Positions 10,691 to 21,087 of a stretch of 64,000 nt of DNA are shown one piece after another; position 1 is the stretch's first letter, and each line of letters opens with the position of its first letter. The position numbers and the translations under genes were made by a program. Source of the stretch: an uncultured delta proteobacterium. Its GTDB lineage: Bacteria; Desulfobacterota; Binatia; UBA9968. The DNA is taken from positions 1-64,000 of the forward strand of contig CAVUZH010000019.1 of the NCBI GenBank assembly GCA_963745835.1, read 5' to 3'. The notes below the pieces were generated by a model. That model had not been told where the DNA came from, ran no database searches, and saw only the letters and a list, made by a program, of their open reading frames with translations.

Positions 10691-11554
10691 CTAGGTTTTC
10701 AACGATTTCAAATACTCGATTAATTTATCCTTTAGATCTTTTCGTTTCAATGCATAGGCCACCGTCGCTCGAACGAAGCCGAACTTGTCGCCGATATCGT
10801 AGCGATCTCCGGTAAACTCACAACCAAAGATTTTTCGTTGCTGAACCAGTCGGGCCAATCCGTCGGTAAGCTGAATTTCGCCGCCTCTTCCCGGTGGAAG
10901 AGTTTGCAAAATCGAAAAAATCTCCGGGCGCAGCACGTAACGGCCGATGATCGCCAATTGAGAAGGCGCCTCTTTTGCGGCAGGTTTTTCCACAGTGGCT
11001 TCGACCGCGTAGAGGCGAGGCTTCACCTCTTTACCTTTGATGACGCCGTATTGATGCACTTCCTCGCGCGGAACTTTCATCAGGGCAACAACCGACTCCT
11101 CGGTTTCGGTGAAAATCTCGACCAGCTGCCGGATGCCGGGGGTCTCGGCATCGATAAGATCATCGGCTAGCATGACCGCGAAAGGCTCGTCTCCGACCAG
11201 ATCGCGAGCGCAAAGAACCGCGTGACCCAAGCCCAGTGGTTTCTTTTGCCGAACTGAAACGACCTCGGTCATCTCAGCGATCCGTCGAAGCATATCCACG
11301 GTTGCCGTCTGGCCACGGTCCGCGAGGATTTGCTCCAACTCCGGCGCCTCGTCAAAATGATCCTCGATGCCATCTTTGCCACGGCCGGTTACAAAGATGA
11401 TTTCTTGGATGCCGGCATCAACTGCTTCCTGAACCACGTACTGGATCGAAGGAATGTCTATGATCGGCAAAAGTTCCTTAGGCACGGTTTTCGTTGCCGG
11501 CAGAAAGCGCGTGCCCAAGCCGGCTACGGGGATAACTGCTTTTCTAATTTTCAT
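10691..11554 (-). CDS. galU: UTP--glucose-1-phosphate uridylyltransferase
   Basis: KAVIPVAGLGTRFLPATK..PKELLP, PLGLGHAV, GEIQLTD. Confidence 0.96.
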   Translation of the reverse strand: MKIRKAVIPVAGLGTRFLPATKTVPKELLPIIDIPSIQYVVQEAVDAGIQEIIFVTGRGKDGIEDHFDEAPELEQILADRGQTATVDMLRRIAEMTEVVSVRQKKPLGLGHAVLCARDLVGDEPFAVMLADDLIDAETPGIRQLVEIFTETEESVVALMKVPREEVHQYGVIKGKEVKPRLYAVEATVEKPAAKEAPSQLAIIGRYVLRPEIFSILQTLPPGRGGEIQLTDGLARLVQQRKIFGCEFTGDRYDIGDKFGFVRATVAYALKRKDLKDKLIEYLKSLKT

Positions 11555-11571
11555 ACTTTAGCGAATCGATT

Positions 11572-11934
11572 TCACATCCGTTTGGCTTTTCTCTCGGCAA
11601 TTTCTTGGCTGGCCTTGCAATCGATACAGAGGGTCGTCACCGGGCGAGCCTTGAGTCGTTCAATGCCGATCTTTTCGCCGCACTCTTCACAGATGCCGAA
11701 TTCGCCGGCTTCCAGTCGTTGCAAAGCCTCCTGGATCTTGAAGATCAGTTTTCGCTCGCGATCGCGTATTCTCAGGACCGAATTGCGACTGGATTCCATA
11801 GAAGCGCGGTCGCTTGGATCGGGAAAGTTTTCGTCCTCGTCCATATCGTCGACTGTCTTGCCGGCTTCGGACCTGAGTTCCTGGATCCTCTGGTTCAGCA
11901 AGTCCCGGAAAAATTCAACTTCTTTTTTGTTCAA
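11572..11934 (-). CDS. dksA: RNA polymerase-binding protein DksA
   Basis: DPSDRA coiled-coil tip, CEECG...RLKARP...CIDC zinc finger. Confidence 0.95.
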   Translation of the reverse strand: MNKKEVEFFRDLLNQRIQELRSEAGKTVDDMDEDENFPDPSDRASMESSRNSVLRIRDRERKLIFKIQEALQRLEAGEFGICEECGEKIGIERLKARPVTTLCIDCKASQEIAERKAKRM

Positions 11935-12032
11935 TGGACTTCAGCCTCGCAAATCACGCATGAGTATAGGTAACCGCCCTGCAAACATCAAACGGCCGGA
12001 AAAGTCTCGGAAAATGTTTCCTTCATGCGCTA

Positions 12033-12848
12033 TTACTCACCTAACGACACCGCGCGCGGGTGCGCCAGGACGAATACTTCGGTGGATTTGGGGAGCATCG
12101 CTCGGCTCAAGATCAATTGCGACTCGGAGAATCTTTTCACCGGGTAATGCTCTTTGGCGAAACCGGCAAATAGCTCTCCCTGCCTGACAACATCGAAATG
12201 CATCGGAATCACGATGGGCGGCTTCACCTGCTCGATGACCTTTAGAATGTCGTCAAATCCCAAGTTGGTCATCGCATCGATAGGCACCATCAGGACATCG
12301 ACCCGCTGCAGCACCTTCTCCTGCTCAGCAGTGAGAAGATGACCAATGTTGCCTAAATGAGCAAGGCACAGACTTCCCATCTCATAGACAAAAATCGAGT
12401 TTGCCGCCCCTCCCCAACTCTGCCCCCGCTGGCTTGGGATATTGATGATGCTGATGTCTTTGACGCTGGTGCGAATCGGGTTCCAGGTCTGCCGAAACGT
12501 AATGCCGCGCAGTATCACCGGATCACCGGTGACAGCACCTGTGTTGTTATGGGTGAAATGGTCGTTGCTGACGGTCACGGCATCCGCTTGGATCCCCGGA
12601 GTCACGTTGAAGTTTGGATCCGCGACAACCTTGGTTTGGCTGCCGGAATGAATCAAAAAACTTGAATGGCCGTACCACTGAATAAAGTAGTGTCCCAGCT
12701 GAGGGCTCTTACCGGGACGGACCTGAACCAGGTTACGCCCTTGTTTCTGCAGGCGCACCAATGCTGGGTTACAAAGTGCCAGCGCGACACTGCGAAGCGG
12801 ATCAAAAATCAACGCGATGAGTAGAGCGACAAAGCCACGGCGTTTCAT
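12033..12848 (-). CDS. Exported metallo-beta-lactamase-fold protein
   Basis: WYGHSSFLI, DP, IVIPMHF motifs; MKRRGF twin-arginine-like signal; metal motif is degenerate. Confidence 0.78.
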   Translation of the reverse strand: MKRRGFVALLIALIFDPLRSVALALCNPALVRLQKQGRNLVQVRPGKSPQLGHYFIQWYGHSSFLIHSGSQTKVVADPNFNVTPGIQADAVTVSNDHFTHNNTGAVTGDPVILRGITFRQTWNPIRTSVKDISIINIPSQRGQSWGGAANSIFVYEMGSLCLAHLGNIGHLLTAEQEKVLQRVDVLMVPIDAMTNLGFDDILKVIEQVKPPIVIPMHFDVVRQGELFAGFAKEHYPVKRFSESQLILSRAMLPKSTEVFVLAHPRAVSLGE

Positions 12849-12991
12849 GGCCCCTCCTCATTAAGGCGCGGTGGAGATCGAGCGGGCACACTTTAACGCC
12901 GCGCCTCAAGCGTTACAAGCGCATAACCAGAAAAGCCGGCCGGGTAGAGAAACGGGCAGATTCGTTCACAGCCAATTCGCGCCTTTGACAT

Positions 12992-13567
12992 CTACGTGGT
13001 CAAATCCTCGACGAGAGATCTCTGGGTTTCCGGCTGAAGCACAACCGCCGCTTGGTAGTTTCGATGATCGATGACCAGCTCGGTTCTTGTCCCGGAAACG
13101 AAAGCCTCAAGCTCCTGATCATCAAAACGGAATCGAATATAATGTACCGCCCTGATTTTGTTTTCTTTGCTTCTCCGCGGTTCAAAACGCGCCTGTAGCT
13201 GATACGCAGCGATACGCAAGGAGATCGCGTCCTCGATACCCTGAAACTTGAGCAGTTCCTCGCGCAAATGAGTTTGGTCCTCGATCTCGAGAAAGAGCGT
13301 CGCGCTGAGTTCTCCTGAGTCAGGGATAAGCTGATTGTAGGTGGCAATCTCCTGGCGAATCTTGTCCAAATCGCTAATGTTCTCGACTCGCAAGATTTCT
13401 TGTATTTGAAAGATGACCGTAGGACGATTCTCAAAAACTAGAGATAGCCTGTCGCCCAGTGAGATCCGTCGCTTTTGTTTGAGCTCGATGATTCGCCGGC
13501 GAAGATCCTGCCGGATCGTTTCGTAACGGCGAAGACCGACAATGTCATCAATGGCGACTTTTCTCAT
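12992..13567 (-). CDS. DUF3501 family protein
   Basis: FENRPTVIFQIQE, YNQLIP..GELSATLFLEI, AVHYIRF; directly downstream of rubrerythrin. Confidence 0.88.
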   Translation of the reverse strand: MRKVAIDDIVGLRRYETIRQDLRRRIIELKQKRRISLGDRLSLVFENRPTVIFQIQEILRVENISDLDKIRQEIATYNQLIPDSGELSATLFLEIEDQTHLREELLKFQGIEDAISLRIAAYQLQARFEPRRSKENKIRAVHYIRFRFDDQELEAFVSGTRTELVIDHRNYQAAVVLQPETQRSLVEDLTT

Positions 13568-13651
13568 CTGTCTTGCCGATTACTGCCTGAGCGGAACTTT
13601 GCGATGGAAGCAAGGATATCCATTGGTACTCGACAAGATGCGGCGGAGAAT

Positions 13652-14080
13652 TCAACTACCGAGTCCGTCCAGTCCCTTGTTGAATCGCCCGGCGTGAGAT
13701 TTCTCCGCCTTGGCCAGAGTTTCAAACCATTCCGCCAGCTCAAGGAAGCCTTCATCACGGGCAGTCTTCGCAAAACCCGGATACATTTCGGTATATTCGT
13801 AGGTTTCACCTTCGATAGCCGATTTCAGGTTTTTTTCGGTGCTGCCGATAGGCACTCCGGTGCACGGATCGCCAACCTCCTTGAGAAAATCGAGATGGCC
13901 GAAGGCATGTCCGGTTTCCGCCTCTGAGGTGTCCCGGAAAAGTCCTCCGATATCGGGATAGCCTTCAATATCAGCTATTCGTGCGAAATAGAGATAGCGA
14001 CGATTGGCTTGGGATTCGCCGGCAAACGCTTCCTTGAGGTTTTGGTGACTCTTGCTCCCGGCTAAACTTTTGCCCATCAA
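13652..14080 (-). CDS. rbr: Rubrerythrin (short form, no rubredoxin domain)
   Basis: [37 protein letters not shown] di-iron ligands. Confidence 0.92.
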   Translation of the reverse strand: MMGKSLAGSKSHQNLKEAFAGESQANRRYLYFARIADIEGYPDIGGLFRDTSEAETGHAFGHLDFLKEVGDPCTGVPIGSTEKNLKSAIEGETYEYTEMYPGFAKTARDEGFLELAEWFETLAKAEKSHAGRFNKGLDGLGS

Positions 14081-14104
14081 AATTCCTCCCTTTAATTAAG
14101 ACGA

Positions 14105-14136
14105 TTACTGATAGTAACGCCCATTTTAGCTGTCAA
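14105..14136 (-). promoter_or_regulatory. Putative sigma70 promoter of rbr with a palindromic operator over the -10
   Basis: Minus strand TTGACA-N17-TATCAG; TTACT-N3-AGTAA inverted repeat at 14105..14117. Confidence 0.4.
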
Positions 14137-14297
14137 GCAACTGTCAGAGCCGGCTGTATCCTTCCTGGTTGAAGCGCATCGCCCGTGACATCGCGGAATG
14201 AAAGCACCATGTCTATCTCGCCAATAACTAAATCCTGGCAATGACTTCGCCAGTTCATCGATCTTTCTTTTTTTGACTGCACTGTTCTGTTATCCTG

Positions 14298-14642
14298 GTG
14301 TCCGATCCGATGGAGGTGCGGATGATCTCGATAGACGCGTTTAGACAAATTGAACTCAAGGTGGCTACAGTCAAAAGCGCCGAGCCGCATCCCAATGCGG
14401 ACAAACTAGTGGTGCTTCAGGTCGATCTCGGCACGGAACAACGGCAGATTTGCGCCGGCATTCGCGGTCACTACACACCGGACGAGCTCGTCGGCAGGCA
14501 AATCGTAGTGGTTGCGAACCTGGAAACCGCCAAGCTTCGCGGCTTGGAGAGTCAAGGGATGCTGCTGGCGGCCTCCGACGAGGGACGTGTCATCTTCCTC
14601 ACTCCAGAGAAACCTGTTCAGCCGGGCTCGAAGGTTTCTTGA
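14298..14642 (+). CDS. Stand-alone tRNA-binding OB-fold protein (MetRS C-terminal domain / Trbp111 / CsaA-like)
   Basis: HPNADKL, RQICAGIR, VVVANL..AKLRGLESQGMLLAA. Confidence 0.9.
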   Translation: MSDPMEVRMISIDAFRQIELKVATVKSAEPHPNADKLVVLQVDLGTEQRQICAGIRGHYTPDELVGRQIVVVANLETAKLRGLESQGMLLAASDEGRVIFLTPEKPVQPGSKVS

Positions 14643-14657
14643 CGACGAGCATCCACA

Positions 14658-15792
14658 ATGTTTAGCACCCATCTGGGCCGCCCAAGTCGTTTGCTACATC
14701 GATCACGAATCGCTGCGCTGGAATTTTCGCCAAATACGCTCCTTACTCGGCTCTCAAGTAAAGATTCTTTCCATGGTCAAAGCTAATGGTTACGGTCACG
14801 GCGCGGCGGCTGTGGCCAGAACTCTTGCGAGTGAAGGTAGCGACGCTTTCGGGGTTGCCATCATTGAAGAAGCTATCGAGCTGCGACGCCATGGCATCAC
14901 TGCCCCGATCCTTGTGCTTACCGGCGCATATCTCGATCAGCTCGATTTGTTCTTCGATCACGATCTGATGCCGGTGGTTCACGATGGCGATGCTCTGCAG
15001 CGCCTGGACGCGGCCGTTGCCCGGTGCGGTCGAAGGCTCGACGTTCATCTAAAAATTGACACCGGCATGGGACGGATCGGATTTCCCGCCGTCGAGTGCG
15101 ACTCATGGCTGCCTCAGATAAAGAGGCTCAAGGCGCTCAAAGTAGTGGGCGTCTTTTCGCATTTCTCCCATGCCGAAAGCGTCGAAGGCCAATATACCCG
15201 CAAGCAATTGCAGATATTTCACGATCTCGTCAAACGTCTTGCCGCCGTAGGGATTGCGCCACCATTGATTCATCTTGCCAATAGCGCGGCGACGATTACT
15301 TTGCCGGAGGCCTATTTCAATATGGTGCGACCGGGTCTGATGCTTTATGGAGTTTACCCCTCACCCGAGATGGCCACTCGAATTTCGCTGAAACCGGTGC
15401 TGTCCTGGAAAACGCGCATCTTGCAACTTAAGAAGGTCCCTTCCCACACCAGCATCAGTTACGGTCAGACGTTCATTACCAAGCGTGACAGCTTGATTGC
15501 GACCCTGCCGATTGGCTACGCCGATGGCTATCCTAGACTGCTTTCCAATCGTGGACAGGCGTTAGTCGGCGGCAAGCGCGCGCCGGTGGCCGGACGCGTG
15601 TGCATGGATTTGACTATGCTGGATGTTACCGATATAGGAAAAATACACCAGGGAGATGAGGTTGTTCTCCTCGGCACCCAGGAAAATGAAACCATCTCCG
15701 CCGACGAGATGGCCGCTTGGGCAGACACAATCTCTTACGAAATTCTCACTTCCATCGGCGCGCGAATTCCCCGTATCCATTACAATTCCTAG
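14658..15792 (+). CDS. alr: Alanine racemase (apparent +1 frameshift near the start)
   Basis: VKANGYGHG PLP lysine, HLKIDTGMGRIG, PIGYADGY, GRVCMD; likely start MFSTHLGRP at 14658 lies in another frame. Confidence 0.93.
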
Positions 15793-15806
15793 GAGGATCA
15801 CTACCC

Positions 15807-17381
15807 GTGGGCAGGATTCAAAGAGCCCTGATTAGCGTTTCTGAAAAGAAAGGCGTCGTCGAGTTTTCCCGCGGCTTGTCCGATCTAGGTGTCGAGCTTA
15901 TTTCAACCGGTGGCACGGCATCGTTACTGCGCGACAACAAAATTGCCGTGAAAGATGTTTCTGAGATCACCGGCTTTCCTGAAATGATGGACGGTCGGGT
16001 AAAAACCCTTCATCCCAAGATTCACGGCGGAATTCTCGCGTTGAGAGACAATCCCGAGCATGTAGCGAAGATGCGAGAGCACGGAATCGCCCCCGTAGAT
16101 CTGGTCGTCGTCAATCTTTATCCCTTCGAAGCTACTGTCGCCCGGGGCGGATCATTCGACGAGATCGTCGAGAATATCGATATCGGCGGACCCAGCATGG
16201 TGCGGGCTGCGGCAAAGAATCACCAGCACGTCGCCGTCGTGGTCGATCCCCAAGACTACGCTTCGATCCTTTCCGAGTTGCAGAAAAATAACGGCTCCCT
16301 ATCAAAGCAAACGCATTTTCGGCTTTTTACCAAAGCGTTCCAACATACCTCCCATTATGATGGGGCGATCTCCAATTATTTTGCCGCCCTTGATGAGAAT
16401 CAAAAACCTACCCCTTGGGGAGAAACAGTCAACATTCAGATCTCCAAGATTCAGGACATGCGCTACGGCGAGAATCCGCACCAGAGCGCGGCCTTCTATG
16501 GCACTCAGGGCGATAAGGGTCCTTCGATTGCCCGCTCCAAACAGTTTCAAGGCAAAGAACTGTCCTTCAACAATATTTTAGACGCCGATGCCGCGTTAAG
16601 CACGGTCCTGGAATTCTCTGATACCGCAACCGTCGCAATCAAACACAACAACCCCTGCGGCGTGGCCTTGTCGAAAATCTCGTTAGCCGATTCTTTTCGC
16701 AAAGCCAAGGCCTGCGATCCGATTTCGATTTTCGGCGGCGTCATCGCGTTTAACCGACCGGTTGACGAAGAGACAGCCGGAGAACTCAAGGACATCTTTC
16801 TGGAAATTGTCCTTGCTCCGAGCTTTACGCCGGAAGCAAAGGCGGTTCTGTCATCGGCAAAGCGCTTGCTCAATATTCGGCTCTTGGAACTGGATATGAG
16901 CGAACCCCAAACCGGCGGCTATGATCTGCGCCGGGTACGCGGCGGCATGTTGATGCAGGATTGGGATACCGGATCGGTGGATGTACGCGCCTGTAAAGTC
17001 GTGACCAACCGAAAGCCAACGGAAGCAGAGTATCAGGCGCTCGACTTCGCTTGGAGAGTTTGCCGCCACGTCAAATCCAACACGATTGTTTTTGCTGCGC
17101 CGGATCAAGTCCTAGGTGTCGGTGCCGGCCAGATGAGCCGTATCGATTCGACAAAAATTGCGGTGCTGCGCGCCGCAACGCACGGGCTGGATCTTGCTGG
17201 CTCGGCGGTGGCTTCGGATGCGTTCTACCCGTTTCGCGACGGCCTCGATGAAGCGGCCAATGCCGGCATCAAATCGGTGATCCAGCCGGGCGGTTCCATC
17301 AAAGACGATGAAGTTATCGCCGCCGCCAATGAACACGGCATGGCGATGATCTTTACCGGGATGAGACACTTCAGACATTAG
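15807..17381 (+). CDS. purH: Bifunctional AICAR transformylase/IMP cyclohydrolase
   Basis: [38 protein letters not shown]; GTG start after AGGAGG. Confidence 0.97.
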   Translation: MGRIQRALISVSEKKGVVEFSRGLSDLGVELISTGGTASLLRDNKIAVKDVSEITGFPEMMDGRVKTLHPKIHGGILALRDNPEHVAKMREHGIAPVDLVVVNLYPFEATVARGGSFDEIVENIDIGGPSMVRAAAKNHQHVAVVVDPQDYASILSELQKNNGSLSKQTHFRLFTKAFQHTSHYDGAISNYFAALDENQKPTPWGETVNIQISKIQDMRYGENPHQSAAFYGTQGDKGPSIARSKQFQGKELSFNNILDADAALSTVLEFSDTATVAIKHNNPCGVALSKISLADSFRKAKACDPISIFGGVIAFNRPVDEETAGELKDIFLEIVLAPSFTPEAKAVLSSAKRLLNIRLLELDMSEPQTGGYDLRRVRGGMLMQDWDTGSVDVRACKVVTNRKPTEAEYQALDFAWRVCRHVKSNTIVFAAPDQVLGVGAGQMSRIDSTKIAVLRAATHGLDLAGSAVASDAFYPFRDGLDEAANAGIKSVIQPGGSIKDDEVIAAANEHGMAMIFTGMRHFRH

Positions 17382-17459
17382 CAAAGACATGTCACGGCCG
17401 AGCAGCCGGGGATTTCATCTTCAATTAATTATAGCTGCTAGCTTCCGTATCCATGAATT

Positions 17460-18725
17460 ATGAAAATATTGGTGATTGGCAGCGGTGGGCGTGAACACGC
17501 GCTGATCTGGAAACTCCGCCAGAGTTCAGAGGTCGATAAGATCTATTGCGCGCCCGGCAGCGCGGGCATCGCTGAGTCTGCGGAATTAGTCGCCATCGCG
17601 CCGCAGCAGATCGAAGAGCTCGCCGACTTCGCCGCAGAACAGAAGATAGATCTCACCGTTGTTGGACCGGAGCTTCCATTGACACTCGGTATCTCAGACT
17701 TGTTTGAATCCCGTGGATTGAAAATCTTTGGCCCAAACCGCGACGCGGCGCAGCTGGAAGGCAGCAAAGCCTTCGCCAAAAAGATCATGACTGAGAACAG
17801 CATTCCTACCGCCGTCGCCGGTATCTTCAGTGATGCCCCATCCGCCAGGCGCTATCTCGATCAGAATCCGGCGCCTTATGTCGTCAAAGCCGACGGCCTA
17901 GCGGCGGGCAAAGGCGTGCTGATCTGCGCCAACCGGGAAGAAGCGCAGTCGGCCATTGATGAGATCGTCGTTAAAAAGGCATTCGGCCAAGCCGGCGAGA
18001 AAGTCGTTATCGAAGAATTTCTCGAAGGCGAAGAAGCCTCCTTCATGGTGCTCACAGATGGCGATACCGTCCTCGCTTTGCCATCCTCACAAGATCACAA
18101 GCGAGTCTTCGATCACGATCAGGGGCCGAACACCGGTGGCATGGGCGCTTACTCACCGGCGCCGGTCGTGACTCAAAGCACTGAGGATCGCGTGCTGCGC
18201 GAGGTGGTAACCCCATTGATGACCGGACTGAAACGCAAAGGCATTGTTTATCGCGGGGTCATCTACGTTGGTTTAATGATCACGAAGACCGGACCGAAAG
18301 TTCTGGAGTTCAATGCCCGCTTCGGCGATCCCGAATGCCAGGTGATCATGATGCGTTTGAAGAGCGATCTCGTGCCGCTGCTACAAGCCACGGTAGACGG
18401 AACATTGCGAACTGTTCGCCCGGAATGGTACCCGGATCCCTCTGTCTGTGTGGTCCTGAGCGCTCGCGGCTATCCCGGTTCTTATGAAACAGGCACAGAG
18501 ATCCGCGGCCTTGAAAACCTGAAGGATTGGCCCACCGGCTTTGTCTTTCATGCCGGCACCAGCAAACAGGGCGGTCGGTGGCGGACTTCCGGCGGTCGTG
18601 TATTGGGAGTAACCGCGCGAGGCCGCGATCTTGCGGAAGCGGTTCAAGAAGTTTATCGGGGCGTAAACGCGATCAGTTGGGATGGGATGCATTATCGCAG
18701 GGACATCGCGCGACGCGCCTTGTAA
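17460..18725 (+). CDS. purD: Phosphoribosylamine--glycine ligase
   Basis: GSGGREHAL, KADGLAAGKGV, QDHKR..GPNTGGMGAY, EFNARFGDPE. Confidence 0.97.
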   Translation: MKILVIGSGGREHALIWKLRQSSEVDKIYCAPGSAGIAESAELVAIAPQQIEELADFAAEQKIDLTVVGPELPLTLGISDLFESRGLKIFGPNRDAAQLEGSKAFAKKIMTENSIPTAVAGIFSDAPSARRYLDQNPAPYVVKADGLAAGKGVLICANREEAQSAIDEIVVKKAFGQAGEKVVIEEFLEGEEASFMVLTDGDTVLALPSSQDHKRVFDHDQGPNTGGMGAYSPAPVVTQSTEDRVLREVVTPLMTGLKRKGIVYRGVIYVGLMITKTGPKVLEFNARFGDPECQVIMMRLKSDLVPLLQATVDGTLRTVRPEWYPDPSVCVVLSARGYPGSYETGTEIRGLENLKDWPTGFVFHAGTSKQGGRWRTSGGRVLGVTARGRDLAEAVQEVYRGVNAISWDGMHYRRDIARRAL

Positions 18726-18801
18726 GCTCAGCTATACCCTGCGGTCGGCCAAGCTCGCAACAACACGCTCCGGCCAGCGCGCAATTTTTGAGCGGCTTCT
18801 G

Positions 18802-19410
18802 ATGAACCTTAGTCATGCAATTGCTTCGCTGAACCGCGGTGATGTGATCGTTTTCCCCACTGAAACGGTTTATGGGTTGGGCGCGGATGCGCTGAATCCT
18901 GCGGCGGTTGAAAAAGTGTTTCAACTCAAAGGCCGCAATCCGGATTCTCCTATTCCGATTATTGTGGCCGACCAAGCCATGCTGCAAGGCGTGGTCGAAA
19001 AAATTCCGCCGGTCGCCCGAACGCTCATGGAACAATTTTGGCCGGGGCCCTTGACCTTGGTGCTGCCGGCCGCTCCGGGTACGCCGAAGCAGCTGTTGAA
19101 CCGGACGGGAGGAGTCGGCGTCCGTATCTCCAGCCAGCTTATAGCGACCGAGTTGGCTCAGTCGTTGGGGCGGCCTTTGACCGCGACCAGCGCCAATCCT
19201 TCGGGGCAGCAGGCGGCATCCACGATCGAGCAGGCGCAGAATTATTTTGCCAGCGACATCGAAATTTTCCTGGATGGCGGGAAGCTCCCGTCGAAGACGG
19301 GCTCGAGCGTTGTCGAAGTGATCGACGACCGCATCAAGATCATTCGCGCAGGCGAGATTAGCCTGGGGCAACTCGCGGCGAGTATCGGCAGGAAAAACAT
19401 TCTCACGTAA
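18802..19410 (+). CDS. tsaC: L-threonylcarbamoyladenylate synthase (YrdC/Sua5 family)
   Basis: FPTETVYGLG, KGR, FWPGPLT, TSANPSG. Confidence 0.92.
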   Translation: MNLSHAIASLNRGDVIVFPTETVYGLGADALNPAAVEKVFQLKGRNPDSPIPIIVADQAMLQGVVEKIPPVARTLMEQFWPGPLTLVLPAAPGTPKQLLNRTGGVGVRISSQLIATELAQSLGRPLTATSANPSGQQAASTIEQAQNYFASDIEIFLDGGKLPSKTGSSVVEVIDDRIKIIRAGEISLGQLAASIGRKNILT

Positions 19411-19439
19411 ATGACTCCAGGCGCTCAACAGCAGCGGAA

Positions 19440-19989
19440 CTATTCGGCGCTCTGACGGCTTTTAGACTCGAGGATGCGGGCAATTTCGTGACCGTCTTCT
19501 CCTTCGTAGTAGCCTACCTGCTGGTCCTTTACGAACAATGCGCGGAACCCGACCTGCTTGCTCACGGCCGCCGTCGCATATGCGCCAATCTTATTGGAAT
19601 CGGGATATTCCGAAAGATCCGGATACTCCATCGTGCTCACCACCAAATAGCGCAGCTCTCGGTTACCGGTATTGATAAGTTGATGCGGGGACTCGGTTCC
19701 CGGGGGACAGGCAACTACAGTTCCGGCGGTCACCTCGACTTCGTCTTTTCCCAGGCGCAGAATGCCTCGGCCTTCCACGACATAGATCATCTCCTCATTG
19801 GTCGTGTGGGTATGATAGGGAAAGGCCGATTTCCCCGGCGGCACGCTAAAAAAGCTGTAGCCCAGCTTTTGCGCGCCGATAGCGGCGCCCACCCTCTGTC
19901 GCGAGCCGCCGAATGCTGAACCTTCCGGCGCATTGATCTGCGACCGCGGGCACTTCAGAAAGCTTGATCACATGCTCCTGACTGGCCAT
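19440..19989 (-). CDS. Cupin domain protein (apparent +1 frameshift ~19940)
   Basis: FPYHTHTTNEE, HQLIN, EYPDSNK; out-of-frame start MASQEHVIKL at 19989 with GGAGGAG RBS. Confidence 0.8.
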
Positions 19990-20067
19990 CGCTCCTCCCG
20001 ATCGATCGAATCCTTCAATGGTCGCACACTACCACTCAGTCGCATGTTTATGCTATCAGATCAGATC

Positions 20068-21045
20068 ATGTTGATCTTATCTGAAAAGCAAGTTGAAGGG
20101 CTGATCGACATCGACGAGCTGATAGCGGCGCTTGAACGAGCGCACATCCAATACTCCACCGGCAACGCGGTGATGCCGGTGCGCCTGGTAGTGCCACTGC
20201 CGCAAATCGACGGGCGGATCACCAGTATGCCGGGTTTCTTGAATGAGGATCAGGCGCTGGGCATGAAAGTCGTGACGTATTTTCAGAACAACCCAAGGCA
20301 GAACGTGCCGTCGATCCTTGCCACGATCATGCTGTTTAGTCCCGAAACCGGAAAAATGATTGCGGTCATGGATGGCAGCTACATCACCGCGATCCGCACT
20401 GCTTGCGCTTCGGCGATGGCGAGCAAGGTTCTGTCAAACCCGACCGCGTCCGTACTAGGAATTCTCGGCGCCGGGGTCCAGGCCAAAGCCCATATAAGGG
20501 CTCTCTCCCGGGTGCGAAAAATTCGTCGCATTAAAATCTATAGCCCGTCCGGTACCAGCGCCAGCCGTGTCAAGCAAGAAGTGGAATCACAACTCGGCGT
20601 CGCCATTGAAGTGGCGAACAGCGCGGAAGAAGCCGTTCGAGGAGCCGATCTCATCGTCACCGCCACTACAGCAAAACAGCCGATTTTGGCGACCGAATGG
20701 CTGAAGTCGGGCGCTCACATCAATGCAGTGGGTTCGCACCGTCCCGACCTGAGAGAACTCGACGGCGCAACTCTGGCGCGCTCTAGGGTATTCGTAGACT
20801 CCCGCGAGGCGATTATGGCCGAATGCGGTGACGTCCTGTTAGCCTTAGCCGATAAATCGATCACGGCGGATCATGTACAGGCGGAAATCGGCGAAATTCT
20901 CGCCGGCACAAGGCCGGGAAGAATCGCAACCGAGGAGGTCACTCTCTACAAGTCGGTCGGCATCGCGATTCAAGATGTCGCGACTGCCCGTCTCGTCTAT
21001 CACAAAGCGTTACAAAGAGGCGTCGGCACTGACGTCAGCGTATGA
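20068..21045 (+). CDS. Ornithine cyclodeaminase / mu-crystallin family protein
   Basis: MPG..GMKVV, ITAIRTA, GAGVQA, HINAVG, YKSVGIAIQD. Confidence 0.9.
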   Translation: MLILSEKQVEGLIDIDELIAALERAHIQYSTGNAVMPVRLVVPLPQIDGRITSMPGFLNEDQALGMKVVTYFQNNPRQNVPSILATIMLFSPETGKMIAVMDGSYITAIRTACASAMASKVLSNPTASVLGILGAGVQAKAHIRALSRVRKIRRIKIYSPSGTSASRVKQEVESQLGVAIEVANSAEEAVRGADLIVTATTAKQPILATEWLKSGAHINAVGSHRPDLRELDGATLARSRVFVDSREAIMAECGDVLLALADKSITADHVQAEIGEILAGTRPGRIATEEVTLYKSVGIAIQDVATARLVYHKALQRGVGTDVSV

Positions 21046-21087
21046 TCCGAAGATCTGCCCGTTTGCCGGCCGCGGCGCGAACACCCA

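Noticed and set aside
11330-12187. Long plus-strand ORF (285 aa) and similar antisense ORFs such as 18673..19428, 26887..27549, 36088..36732, 47988..48749
   Set aside because: They lie antisense to well-supported genes and have no recognisable motifs; typical shadow ORFs in GC-rich DNA
14512-14657. N-terminal extension of alr in the ORF track (also for purH, tsaC, trmFO, topA, era, DUF58)
   Set aside because: Extensions overlap neighbouring genes or lack homologous character; better starts exist downstream
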